NCBI GenBank assembly: GCA_016839605.1
Contig: JAEOTX010000139.1
Location: 1-30,953 of the forward strand
From: Candidatus Thorarchaeota archaeon
Lineage (GTDB): Archaea; Asgardarchaeota; Thorarchaeia; Thorarchaeales; Thorarchaeaceae
Length of the DNA stretch: 30,953 nt
Direction: 5' to 3'
Shown: positions 7,635 to 15,817 of the stretch, one piece after another
Layout of the letters: each line of letters starts with the position of its first letter
Position numbering within the stretch: the stretch's first letter is position 1
Notes under the pieces: model-generated
Told to the model about the DNA's origin: nothing
The model's database searches: none
What the model saw: the letters and a program-made list of their open reading frames with translations, nothing else
Translations under genes and position numbers: made by a program

Positions 7635-8348
7635 TTATCTCTCCAAGCGGTTTACAATGAAATGTCCACAGTATGGGCAGTTCTCTTCTTCTCCAGGGAG
7701 TATTGGATTAGGAAGCTTCCCTCCGCAATTTGGGCAAGTTGTCACAGCCTTTGGAAGTTGCTCAACAGCTTCTGAGGTGTAAACGACGCGGGAGTTCTTG
7801 TCGATAGTGCCTCTGAATTTACCCTTACTTGATAGGTTTTCAAGGGCTTCCACAATCTGATTATCAGTCGCATTTGCTACGTTCGATATCTGGTCAAATG
7901 TCATTCTACGTTGAGCATGCAATAGATGCAAAAGACTCTCTTCAAGGGACACCGCCGATGGGCTGACTATCTCATTCTTCCCTCTGTCAAGATACACAAG
8001 TGGAAGACGTCTGCGTGCTAGCTTCTCTGCAGCATCTGCAACGTCACTGGAGCCTACGTCAAGCGCTTTGGCAGCTTCAGCGACACCAATTCGACCTTCC
8101 TTCTGGACAAGCGGAATGAGCCTTCCAGAAATGTCACCTACACGAGCATCACGAGTGCCCTTCACTATGAGCCATAATCCAATTGCCAGCTCAGGCAGAC
8201 CAAGTATCCCCCACGCGATGATGCCTGAAGTGATAAGAGTCCCAATATCTCCACCCACCTGAATCGTTGCCTGATAGACAATATATGACATGGCAACGCA
8301 GATGATGAGTAGAATGAAACCTATAAGCTGAGATAGACGTGGATTCAT
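7635..8348 (-). CDS. Membrane protein: 2 TM, tandem winged-helix (PCI-like) domains, C-terminal Zn ribbon
   Basis: Two N-terminal hydrophobic helices. GRIGVAEAAKALDV and RRMTFDQISNV...GKFRGTIDKNSRVV are wHTH-like. C-terminal CPNCGG...CPYCG. Confidence 0.65.
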   Translation of the reverse strand: MNPRLSQLIGFILLIICVAMSYIVYQATIQVGGDIGTLITSGIIAWGILGLPELAIGLWLIVKGTRDARVGDISGRLIPLVQKEGRIGVAEAAKALDVGSSDVADAAEKLARRRLPLVYLDRGKNEIVSPSAVSLEESLLHLLHAQRRMTFDQISNVANATDNQIVEALENLSSKGKFRGTIDKNSRVVYTSEAVEQLPKAVTTCPNCGGKLPNPILPGEEENCPYCGHFIVNRLER

Positions 8349-8537
8349 GAGGTAGAAACTCCAATTTGGTCTTCAGCACCCCTACAATTATAGATTGTGT
8401 CCCATTTTTCATAGAATTCGACATTCACTACTCTATACAAAGCAGACGTGTTTCGCGGACATTTACGACAGAATCTTTAATAAAGAGAGAACGTCATGTC
8501 ACCGAGTACTACACCCTGAAAGGACGTGTAAAAGACC

Positions 8538-8954
8538 GTGACTATAGACCGTGAGGGAGCAACAAGCGCAATTATACTTCACTTCACTGAGGGGAAGCCC
8601 GTAGAATTTCCTCAAGATTTTGTCGCCGACATTGGGGAGCGAGCGGCTCTGACTGTGTTGCATCACAAGGACAGGGTTATGAAGATCTTTCCGGTTTCTA
8701 GCGATGATATATACCTGCTTCGAATTGAAATCAGTGATCTTTCAAGAAACTTCTTGAAGCAGCTGAACTTCGCTTTCAACGATGCCAAACTTAGTGACAT
8801 CATTTTCACGACTGGCGTTTGTCTCAGGGGCGAAAAATGCTACTACGAGTGTTACTTTGTACCTGACCAGCTCGTTGTTACACTGAAGGAGCTTGAGGAG
8901 AGCCTCAGGAAGATACCTGGTGTATCTCGAGTTGTGCTACGCAAGGTAGACTAG
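8538..8954 (+). CDS. Hypothetical protein with ACT-like C-terminal domain
   Basis: C-terminal LKELEESLRKIPGVSRVVL is a typical ACT helix-strand ending; contains TTGVC...CYYEC. Confidence 0.55.
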   Translation: MTIDREGATSAIILHFTEGKPVEFPQDFVADIGERAALTVLHHKDRVMKIFPVSSDDIYLLRIEISDLSRNFLKQLNFAFNDAKLSDIIFTTGVCLRGEKCYYECYFVPDQLVVTLKELEESLRKIPGVSRVVLRKVD

Positions 8955-9023
8955 TAACAATCGCGCTAGATTTGTATCCCTCTTTCATTGGACCGGAGAG
9001 AAGCTATCTACCCAAATGAATTA

Positions 9024-9059
9024 GGAGTGGTTCCCACTCCGCCCCACTTTCTTTTCTTT
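9024..9059. terminator. Hairpin plus pyrimidine tract between convergent genes
   Basis: GGAGTGG-TTC-CCACTCC (9024-9040) followed by CTTTCTTTTCTTT. Confidence 0.5.
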
Positions 9060-9060
9060 G

Positions 9061-9285
9061 TCATTCTGCAGGACTAACCATGGCCTTTGGAGTGCATTCG
9101 ATGTTATCCTTCTTGGATCTCCAGTATATTGCCCACTTGCCATTATCAGTACGCTTCAGATGGACTTCACACATCACAGAGAGAGTCCTCTGGAGAAGAA
9201 GGGCGGTGCTGACCTCGTCAACAACACGCTCGAGTCTGAAGACTCGTCCATTGACGACTACCCACTTGTCAGCATTAATTGTCAT
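9061..9285 (-). CDS. Small hypothetical protein (74 aa)
   Basis: ATG start, protein-like composition, co-oriented with the RIO pair, ends beside the terminator-like hairpin. Confidence 0.55.
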   Translation of the reverse strand: MTINADKWVVVNGRVFRLERVVDEVSTALLLQRTLSVMCEVHLKRTDNGKWAIYWRSKKDNIECTPKAMVSPAE

Positions 9286-9388
9286 ATCAGTATGTATGGA
9301 TTTTTCCTAATAACCACGACCTGAGAAACAGCGGCAATAATGCACCTCTTGAGAGCAAAGAATCATCAATTTGGGAGTACACCTGCAC

Positions 9389-10213
9389 TCATCGTACACG
9401 CCAGTATGAGGAACCAACCGACTCTCGATAGTTCCTCAAGTTATGCGGAGTATATTCTGAAATGAATTGCTCCAGAATGTAATCTGCATCCCTCCGGACA
9501 CCATACTTTTTGAAATATGATAGAACGTTTCGAATGTCCCTATATAGCAGTGATTCGACTTGTTTCATATCAGCCCATGCATCGACACGACAAGCCTGAG
9601 GAACATCGATGATCCACGGACGACCCCTCCACCACAAGATATTGTATTTGCTAAGGTCGCCATGGACATAATGCGCCTTGCTGTACATCAAGAGGTAGTC
9701 ATCGAGTATCTGATCCAAGACACGTTCAGGGTCAACAACCTCAGCATCCCGTAATTGGGGGGCGGTGTCCATTGCGTCTCCAATGAACCGCATAGTAACG
9801 TAATTTCCGACCCTACCTATTGGAGTCGGAACATGAACCCCTGCTTTGTAGCAGAGGCTCAAGATATCGAACTCCTTCGCTGCCAATGCCTCCATTTGGG
9901 TTGGTGCAAAGTACCCCTTTTTCTTTCGTGACTGAGCAGATGTCCAATACCTGAATGCCTTCAGGATTATCGGATGCTTCTTCCACATAGCTAGAAAGAT
10001 CGAAGCCTCCTTTCCCGCACTCACTTGATAGAGAAGGTCAGTGGCAAGTCCGAATTGGATGGCGTTCTTTCGCACTTCTTCAAGAGTTATCTCATGAATA
10101 GGGACATACCTTCCTCTTCGATTCCCCCGCACCAGATCGCGCTGTGAGGTCAACGCACTGGTTTTTCTTGGATTGAACTTCTCGACAATCCCGGGGCTCA
10201 AACTTACCACCAC
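9389..10213 (-). CDS. RIO-family atypical Ser/Thr kinase/ATPase (Rio1-like), paralogue 2
   Basis: AGKEASIF, ILKAFR, HGDLSKYNIL catalytic loop, IIDVPQA. Exact start is uncertain. Confidence 0.9.
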   Translation of the reverse strand: MVVSLSPGIVEKFNPRKTSALTSQRDLVRGNRRGRYVPIHEITLEEVRKNAIQFGLATDLLYQVSAGKEASIFLAMWKKHPIILKAFRYWTSAQSRKKKGYFAPTQMEALAAKEFDILSLCYKAGVHVPTPIGRVGNYVTMRFIGDAMDTAPQLRDAEVVDPERVLDQILDDYLLMYSKAHYVHGDLSKYNILWWRGRPWIIDVPQACRVDAWADMKQVESLLYRDIRNVLSYFKKYGVRRDADYILEQFISEYTPHNLRNYRESVGSSYWRVR

Positions 10214-11059
10214 CTATAGTAGCTCAATACCTTCAGATCTGAGCTCTCTGTAGTTCTTCAGATTCTCAGGTATATACTCTGAAAGAAAGACCTCAAGGAT
10301 GTGTTCTGGATCCCGATAGATGTCATAGTCCTCGAAATGCCTAAGCACATTCCTAATGTCCCTCATAAGCAGCTTTTCAACCCTGACCATGTTAGACCAT
10401 TTGTTGACAATGACTGCTTGCGGAACATCAATTATCCAGGGGCGTTCCTGCCACCATAGGATATTGTATTTGCTTAGGTCTCCATGGACATAGTGAGCCT
10501 TGCTATACATCAAGAGATAATCATCCAGAATCTGATCCAAGACTTTCTCAGGATTCTCAAGATGGACATCTTTGAGTTGCGGTGCAGGCTGAGCCCCATC
10601 GCCGATGAATCTCATTGTAAGGTAATTTCCAACTCGACCAATGGGAGTAGGAACATGAACTCCTGCTCTGAAGCAGTTCATGAGGTAGTCATACTCCATG
10701 ACAGCCAGGTCTTCCATCATTCCTAGGATGAAGTGTGTTCTCTTGCTAGTTCCCTGAGCAATGTATCCTTTCTTCTTCGACATCTTGTGAGAGGATTGCC
10801 ATAGTCTGTAAGCCTTGAGGATTATATGGTGTCCTCTCCATTGAGCAAGGAAGATTGAGGCTTCCTTTCCAGCGTTGATCTGATAGGTCACGTCTGTTGC
10901 GAGTCCATACTGTATCGCATCTTCTCGGACTGTATCAAAGGTTAGCTCTTTGATCTCAGTCACCCTACCAGAGGTTTCTCCCTTCAGAGCAGCCCGTTTC
11001 TGGGCGATTGCTCCGCTCTTCAAGGGATTATGCTTCTCGACTCGACTCACCGCTAGCAC
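10214..11059 (-). CDS. RIO-family atypical Ser/Thr kinase/ATPase (Rio1-like), paralogue 1
   Basis: AGKEASIF, ILKAYR, HGDLSKYNIL, IIDVPQA. Directly abuts the downstream paralogue. Confidence 0.9.
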   Translation of the reverse strand: MLAVSRVEKHNPLKSGAIAQKRAALKGETSGRVTEIKELTFDTVREDAIQYGLATDVTYQINAGKEASIFLAQWRGHHIILKAYRLWQSSHKMSKKKGYIAQGTSKRTHFILGMMEDLAVMEYDYLMNCFRAGVHVPTPIGRVGNYLTMRFIGDGAQPAPQLKDVHLENPEKVLDQILDDYLLMYSKAHYVHGDLSKYNILWWQERPWIIDVPQAVIVNKWSNMVRVEKLLMRDIRNVLRHFEDYDIYRDPEHILEVFLSEYIPENLKNYRELRSEGIELL

Positions 11060-11540
11060 CTGCCGCTCTGTGAGCCCAGCAATCTATGCATTGTGTTTTG
11101 TTTCAACTTCTATTTTCACTCTCATTGACTGAGCTGGTACGCATCCTATGTTCTAAGCACATCAAACCAAAATCAGCAGACAGCCAGCCACACACAATGT
11201 GCATCAATGAGCATCACATACATGATGCGTGGAATGAATGCTTGCACAAAGAAACAGCGGATGTCGTTCTAATTGACACCCTCATCGTGGGTGCAAGTGT
11301 CCACTGCATTAACCAATCTTATAACAATCATATGGAACTGCACCTCCTTTCGAGTCATGCAGGTTCTGCCCATCAGATTTTCTATAAAGGATTTGTGGTC
11401 AACGTGATGAGGAGCCGTTTTGATGCCAGACGGAAGGATTTATCTTAAAGTCATCTCGCCGTCCTTCGGTTTCCAACTTACGAATCAATGATTCCAGGTT
11501 AAGGAATGAAACCGCCGCAAGGCAGAAACGAGGAATAAGA

Positions 11541-13244
11541 ATGCCAAATCCGATGAATCCGCTGATAGTTCAGTCTGACAAGTCAGTCCTCCTTGAAGTT
11601 GACAATCCTAAGTATGAAGAGGCTAGAGACTCACTGGCTAGATTCGCGGAGCTGGTCAAGAGTCCAGAGTACGTACACACATACCGCGTGACTCCACTGA
11701 GCCTCTGGAACTCCGCCGCGATGGGTATGAACTCCAGAGAAATTGTAGACGCCCTTGAGAAGTATGCAAAGTATCCAATTCCAGACAACATCAAACGCGA
11801 GATCATCGAATACATGTCTAGATATGGGCAAATCACATTGTTCATGGAGGGGCCTGACCTCATTCTAGAATGTGAGGAGGAAGATCTTGCTGAAGAGCTT
11901 GGGGCTCAGACGAAACTACAAGAATATCTCGAAGAACGAATCGATGAAAGGTCATTCCTTGTTATTGCTGGACAAAGGGGATTTCTGAAGCATGCATTAC
12001 TAGAGCTTGGGCATCCAGTGGAGGACCTAGCAGGGTACGTAGAGGGTGATTCTCTCGCTCTGAAAATGCGTGATATAACACTGGAAGGGAAACAGTGGGG
12101 ACTGAGAAGATATCAGGGTGATGCAGTAGATACCTTCTATGCTGGTGGAGGTGTAAAGGGAGGATCGGGAGTAGTTGTGTTGCCTTGTGGCGCTGGCAAG
12201 ACCATGGTAGGCATGGGTGTGATAGATAAACTACAGACAGCAACACTCATCCTTTGCCCAAACGTGATTGCAGTTCGTCAATGGATTCAGGAACTTCTTG
12301 ACAAGACTGACCTAAAACCTGAGGATATCGGGGAGTACACTGGTGATATGAAAGAAGTGCGTCCGATAACTGTTGCCACCTACCAAATCCTCACGTGGCG
12401 GAAGTCTAGAGAGGATCCGTTTGAACACTTTGGTATTTTCGAGGCGCGGAACTGGGGTTTAATCATCTATGATGAGGTTCATCTTCTTCCAGCTCCAGTG
12501 TTCAGAGCCACTGCAACAATCCAAGCCACCAGACGTCTTGGACTGACAGCCACTCTAGTGCGCGAGGACGGGAGAGAGGAAGATGTGTTCAGTCTGATTG
12601 GACCCAAGCGCTATGATATGCCTTGGAAGCTCCTTGAGGATCAGGGATGGATTGCAACTGCTGTATGTTATGAGATACGCATTCCGCTGCCAGATCCCCT
12701 GAGAAGGAAGTATGCTCTCGCTGAAGACAGAAAGAAATACAGAATTGCCGCAGAGAATCCGGAAAAACTGAAACTCATCAAGACATTGGTGTCTTATCAT
12801 CAAGATGACAACGTGCTGGTCATCGGGATGTATCTCGACCAGCTCAAGATCATTGCTGATGAGATAGAAGCTCCATTGATTACTGGGAAAACGCCCAACT
12901 CAGAACGTCAGACATTGTATGAAGCTTTTCGAGTGGGTGAACAGAAAATCCTCGTAGTGTCAAAGGTGGCAAACTTTGCACTTGATCTTCCCGATGCCAA
13001 TGTTGCCATCCAGGTATCAGGTACCTTTGGGTCGAGACAGGAAGAAGCACAGAGGTTGGGCAGAATTTTGAGACCAAAGACGGACGGTAGTTTCGCCAGG
13101 TTCTACTCACTAATCACAAAAGATACTCGTGATATGGACTTCGCCGCAAAGCGTCAGCTATTCCTTACGGAGCAGGGTTATCAATATGTGATTGCGTCAG
13201 TTGATGAGGATATCTGGGAAAGACCACCGGAGAGCTTCTTCTAG
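11541..13244 (+). CDS. xpb: XPB/Rad25/Ssl2-family SF2 DNA helicase with N-terminal Helicase_C_3 (clutch-like) domain
   Basis: N-domain PLIVQSDKSVLLE...FAELVKSPEYVHTYRVTPLSLWN. Walker A LPCGAGKT, DEVH, GLTATLVRED (RED motif), GSRQEEAQRLGRILR. Confidence 0.93.
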   Translation: MPNPMNPLIVQSDKSVLLEVDNPKYEEARDSLARFAELVKSPEYVHTYRVTPLSLWNSAAMGMNSREIVDALEKYAKYPIPDNIKREIIEYMSRYGQITLFMEGPDLILECEEEDLAEELGAQTKLQEYLEERIDERSFLVIAGQRGFLKHALLELGHPVEDLAGYVEGDSLALKMRDITLEGKQWGLRRYQGDAVDTFYAGGGVKGGSGVVVLPCGAGKTMVGMGVIDKLQTATLILCPNVIAVRQWIQELLDKTDLKPEDIGEYTGDMKEVRPITVATYQILTWRKSREDPFEHFGIFEARNWGLIIYDEVHLLPAPVFRATATIQATRRLGLTATLVREDGREEDVFSLIGPKRYDMPWKLLEDQGWIATAVCYEIRIPLPDPLRRKYALAEDRKKYRIAAENPEKLKLIKTLVSYHQDDNVLVIGMYLDQLKIIADEIEAPLITGKTPNSERQTLYEAFRVGEQKILVVSKVANFALDLPDANVAIQVSGTFGSRQEEAQRLGRILRPKTDGSFARFYSLITKDTRDMDFAAKRQLFLTEQGYQYVIASVDEDIWERPPESFF

Positions 13245-14197
13245 AGCTGATTCAAAATCTGACTCAGCTGTGTAGTCTTTATCCTGACATAAGATTCCAT
13301 TGATTGAACTGAATCTTCATTAGATAGCATGGCTGTTACCTGTCGAAGTTCGCAGCGAATTAATCGTTCGAGGGTCCAGGAGATACAGGAAAACAAAGCG
13401 AGACCTCGTAGCCGCAGCATTTCAGCCGAATCTCTAGATGCAAAGCTTCTTGGAATATCGACCAAGAAGGGCTCCATTGGTTCTGAGAGTAGATAGGCTA
13501 CATCATAATGAGCAGTCCCTTCACAGAGCTCATTCCAATCCAATAGCAAGACACGATCATCTTGAAATATCACATTGCTTGGGCGAAGGTCGCCATGCAT
13601 TGCAGTTCCAGACCAGTTCACTTCATCCAAGATGACTTCAAGAGACCGATGCAATTCATTAAATGAAACCATGGTACGTTTCATCTTTTCAGACAGGGAT
13701 TCTGAACCAGACAAGAATGAGTCAGCTCGCGCACGTAGATAATGCAGATACTCTATGGCAGTGGAATAGAATGGCATACCAGAAACACCGAGGGGCTGAA
13801 GTTGCTCCAAACAGGTCTTCAGTCTCCGAAGCTCATCATGACTCATTGAATCCAACTGTGAATGAACCACACCAGGTTCGTAATGATAAGCCAAGAAAGG
13901 TGTGTGATTATCATCGTCAAGAACCCCGCATAGCAGGGGGTGAGGGCTAAGCCCTTTTCGAGCCATCTCTGCTAATACACGAAACTCTTGCTCGAAATGA
14001 CTTGCAGAGTACTCAATCATTAGAGCTGGAATGCGTAAAACCAAGACAGCCTGTTCACTCTGAGCAAGCAGATTGATGTTACTCATTCCGCCAAGAGTGC
14101 GTTCTATTGAGAGATCAGGAATATCCAAAGCATCACGGAAAAGGAGTTCAAGGTCGTCCTTGAATAACCCATGAGCTTTGAAATCATGATCTTTCAT
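13241..14197 (-). CDS. Aminoglycoside phosphotransferase / choline kinase-like protein
   Basis: GGMSNIN, VLRIP, Brenner motif HGDLRPSNVIF, LLDW, YDVAYL. ATG 14197 preferred over GTG 14227. Confidence 0.8.
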   Translation of the reverse strand: MKDHDFKAHGLFKDDLELLFRDALDIPDLSIERTLGGMSNINLLAQSEQAVLVLRIPALMIEYSASHFEQEFRVLAEMARKGLSPHPLLCGVLDDDNHTPFLAYHYEPGVVHSQLDSMSHDELRRLKTCLEQLQPLGVSGMPFYSTAIEYLHYLRARADSFLSGSESLSEKMKRTMVSFNELHRSLEVILDEVNWSGTAMHGDLRPSNVIFQDDRVLLLDWNELCEGTAHYDVAYLLSEPMEPFLVDIPRSFASRDSAEMLRLRGLALFSCISWTLERLIRCELRQVTAMLSNEDSVQSMESYVRIKTTQLSQILNQL

Positions 14198-14226
14198 CGG
14201 CGCGATTGCTTTTGGGACACGGAGCA

Positions 14227-14233
14227 CTTAAAG
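14227..14233. promoter_or_regulatory. Putative shared TATA-like element for a divergent gene pair
   Basis: CTTAAAG lies about 25 nt from ATG 14258 (+) and about 30 nt from ATG 14197 (-). Confidence 0.35.
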
Positions 14234-14257
14234 AGTCTCTACGCAGCCGCATCAAAC

Positions 14258-14545
14258 ATGGATGGAAGAGAGGTTCTCCTCATTCTGGCCCATCTCTTTA
14301 GGACTAAGGGAAACCAAATCACTGTGAATGATGCAGTGAAGTTCCTCTCATTCAATTGTAGGTATGGAAAACCCAGCAATATCAGACGACTTCTCTCGGT
14401 TGCTCTAGATAACGAGATGATATCAAGGAATGGGGATCAGATTAAAGCTGAGTTTATGTATGATCTCCAAAATCTCTCCCCAAATCAGGCCGCTAAATTG
14501 AGAAGGAATGTAATCTTCAAAGACTCCATTGAGCCATTGGTCTAA
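14258..14545 (+). CDS. DUF2240-like archaeal winged-helix protein
   Basis: AHLFRTKG...AVKFLSF...PSNIRRLLSVALDNEMISRNGDQIKAEF matches the DUF2240 pattern as I recall it. ATG 14258 avoids overlap with the divergent gene. Confidence 0.6.
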   Translation: MDGREVLLILAHLFRTKGNQITVNDAVKFLSFNCRYGKPSNIRRLLSVALDNEMISRNGDQIKAEFMYDLQNLSPNQAAKLRRNVIFKDSIEPLV

Positions 14546-15678
14546 GCAGCGGCAGATGCAATCTTACCAATAGAGGCCAATAGCGCCGTGATTTGAATGA
14601 ATGGATTTCGAGCCTGAACAAGACGATAGTCTATCTCTGCGACTCTATCTAGTAGGGTGAGGAGAACATCATGTTCAAATGGACGACTCAGCAAGTCCCT
14701 CTCAATTTGGAGCATGATATCACTTGGAGAATATCCCTCAAGAGCCAAGAGTCCTCGTAGTGCTTCTCTAGCAATAACGAAAGACCCGTCAATGGCTGCA
14801 GAAACCATGTTACGTACTCCCTTGGAAAGCGTGGTCTCAGAGCAAGCATAGACTGCATCCTCATTCACTGATTTGCCCTTTGCAGAAGCAACTTGGAGTA
14901 AATTGATTGCTCGTCGCATGTCACCATTGGACTCTTGGGCAATGGCATTTAGGCCCGCAGACTCCACCTCAACTCCCTCTGATTCCGCAATTCTGCTTGC
15001 CAGAGAAACAATCACATCATTTGAAGGGCTTGTGAAGTTCACGACCAACGAACGCGAAATTACAGCTGGACTCCAGCCAGCCAGAGTTGGAGTTGTAAAT
15101 ATGAAGCGGCACGCTTCATTGTAAATCTCCATGGTCCTTCGAAGTGCCTGCTGCATGCTACGAGTTAATGCATCAGCCTCGTCAAGCACTAGAATCTTAA
15201 TCATTTCATCCGAAACTGTCACGGTAGAGGCGAAGAGACTGATTGCGCCCAGGAGAAGCTGGGATTTATTTGGATCTCTCCTTCGACCCTTCATCTTTAG
15301 TTCTGCCTTGACCTCCTTGAACACCCTTGACATGTATTCATCAAGTTCGGAACGTTTACTCCGGTCCAATTTGGCTAAGTCTTTGATGTCGCGTTTTGCT
15401 TTAGATACTGAGTAATCAGAAACATCGCGGATATTCAGCATCATGTAATTAGCTGAGATTGTGTCACCAAGAAGCGCTCTAGAGAAGACCTGAGCGGCAC
15501 TGGTCTTTCCAGTCCCGTGTGGGCCATATAGAATCATGTTCGGACAAGAACCGCTTTCCGCTAGATTCCGAAGTTGGGATATGGCGTTATCTTGGCCAAT
15601 GAAGTCATCCCATGTCTTCGGACTGTATTTCACGCTCCAGAGTGGAGGCTCCAATCGATGCACCCAGAGTTTAGTCAT
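14542..15678 (-). CDS. rfcS: Replication factor C small subunit-like clamp loader ATPase (divergent, with insertion)
   Basis: WSVKYSP (canonical WxEKYRP), GPHGTGKT, LVLDEADALTRSMQQALRRTME, GDMRRAINLLQ, and a C-terminal collar domain. Confidence 0.85.
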   Translation of the reverse strand: MTKLWVHRLEPPLWSVKYSPKTWDDFIGQDNAISQLRNLAESGSCPNMILYGPHGTGKTSAAQVFSRALLGDTISANYMMLNIRDVSDYSVSKAKRDIKDLAKLDRSKRSELDEYMSRVFKEVKAELKMKGRRRDPNKSQLLLGAISLFASTVTVSDEMIKILVLDEADALTRSMQQALRRTMEIYNEACRFIFTTPTLAGWSPAVISRSLVVNFTSPSNDVIVSLASRIAESEGVEVESAGLNAIAQESNGDMRRAINLLQVASAKGKSVNEDAVYACSETTLSKGVRNMVSAAIDGSFVIAREALRGLLALEGYSPSDIMLQIERDLLSRPFEHDVLLTLLDRVAEIDYRLVQARNPFIQITALLASIGKIASAAA

Positions 15679-15817
15679 ATAGCACCAAAATAAGGTTGCC
15701 CCTCAAATTGGCTCCAAAGAAGGTCAAAACCACAATGGTCTTATGCAGAAAAACTCAGGGCTCTTGGATGCCGCCAGAAGGTGTGGACAAATAGATAGTA
15801 AGTCAGGGAAAAACGCG

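Noticed and set aside
9540-10640. Recent gene conversion between the RIO paralogues
   Set aside because: The identical peptide stretch carries multiple synonymous differences, which fits purifying selection better.
11086-11448. 120-aa ORF in the RIO-xpb intergenic region
   Set aside because: Atypical His/Cys-rich composition with no recognisable motif. Probably spurious, though not excluded.
15255-15423. Intein in the RFC small subunit
   Set aside because: Too short and lacks the N-terminal Cys/Ser block and the C-terminal His-Asn followed by Cys/Ser/Thr.
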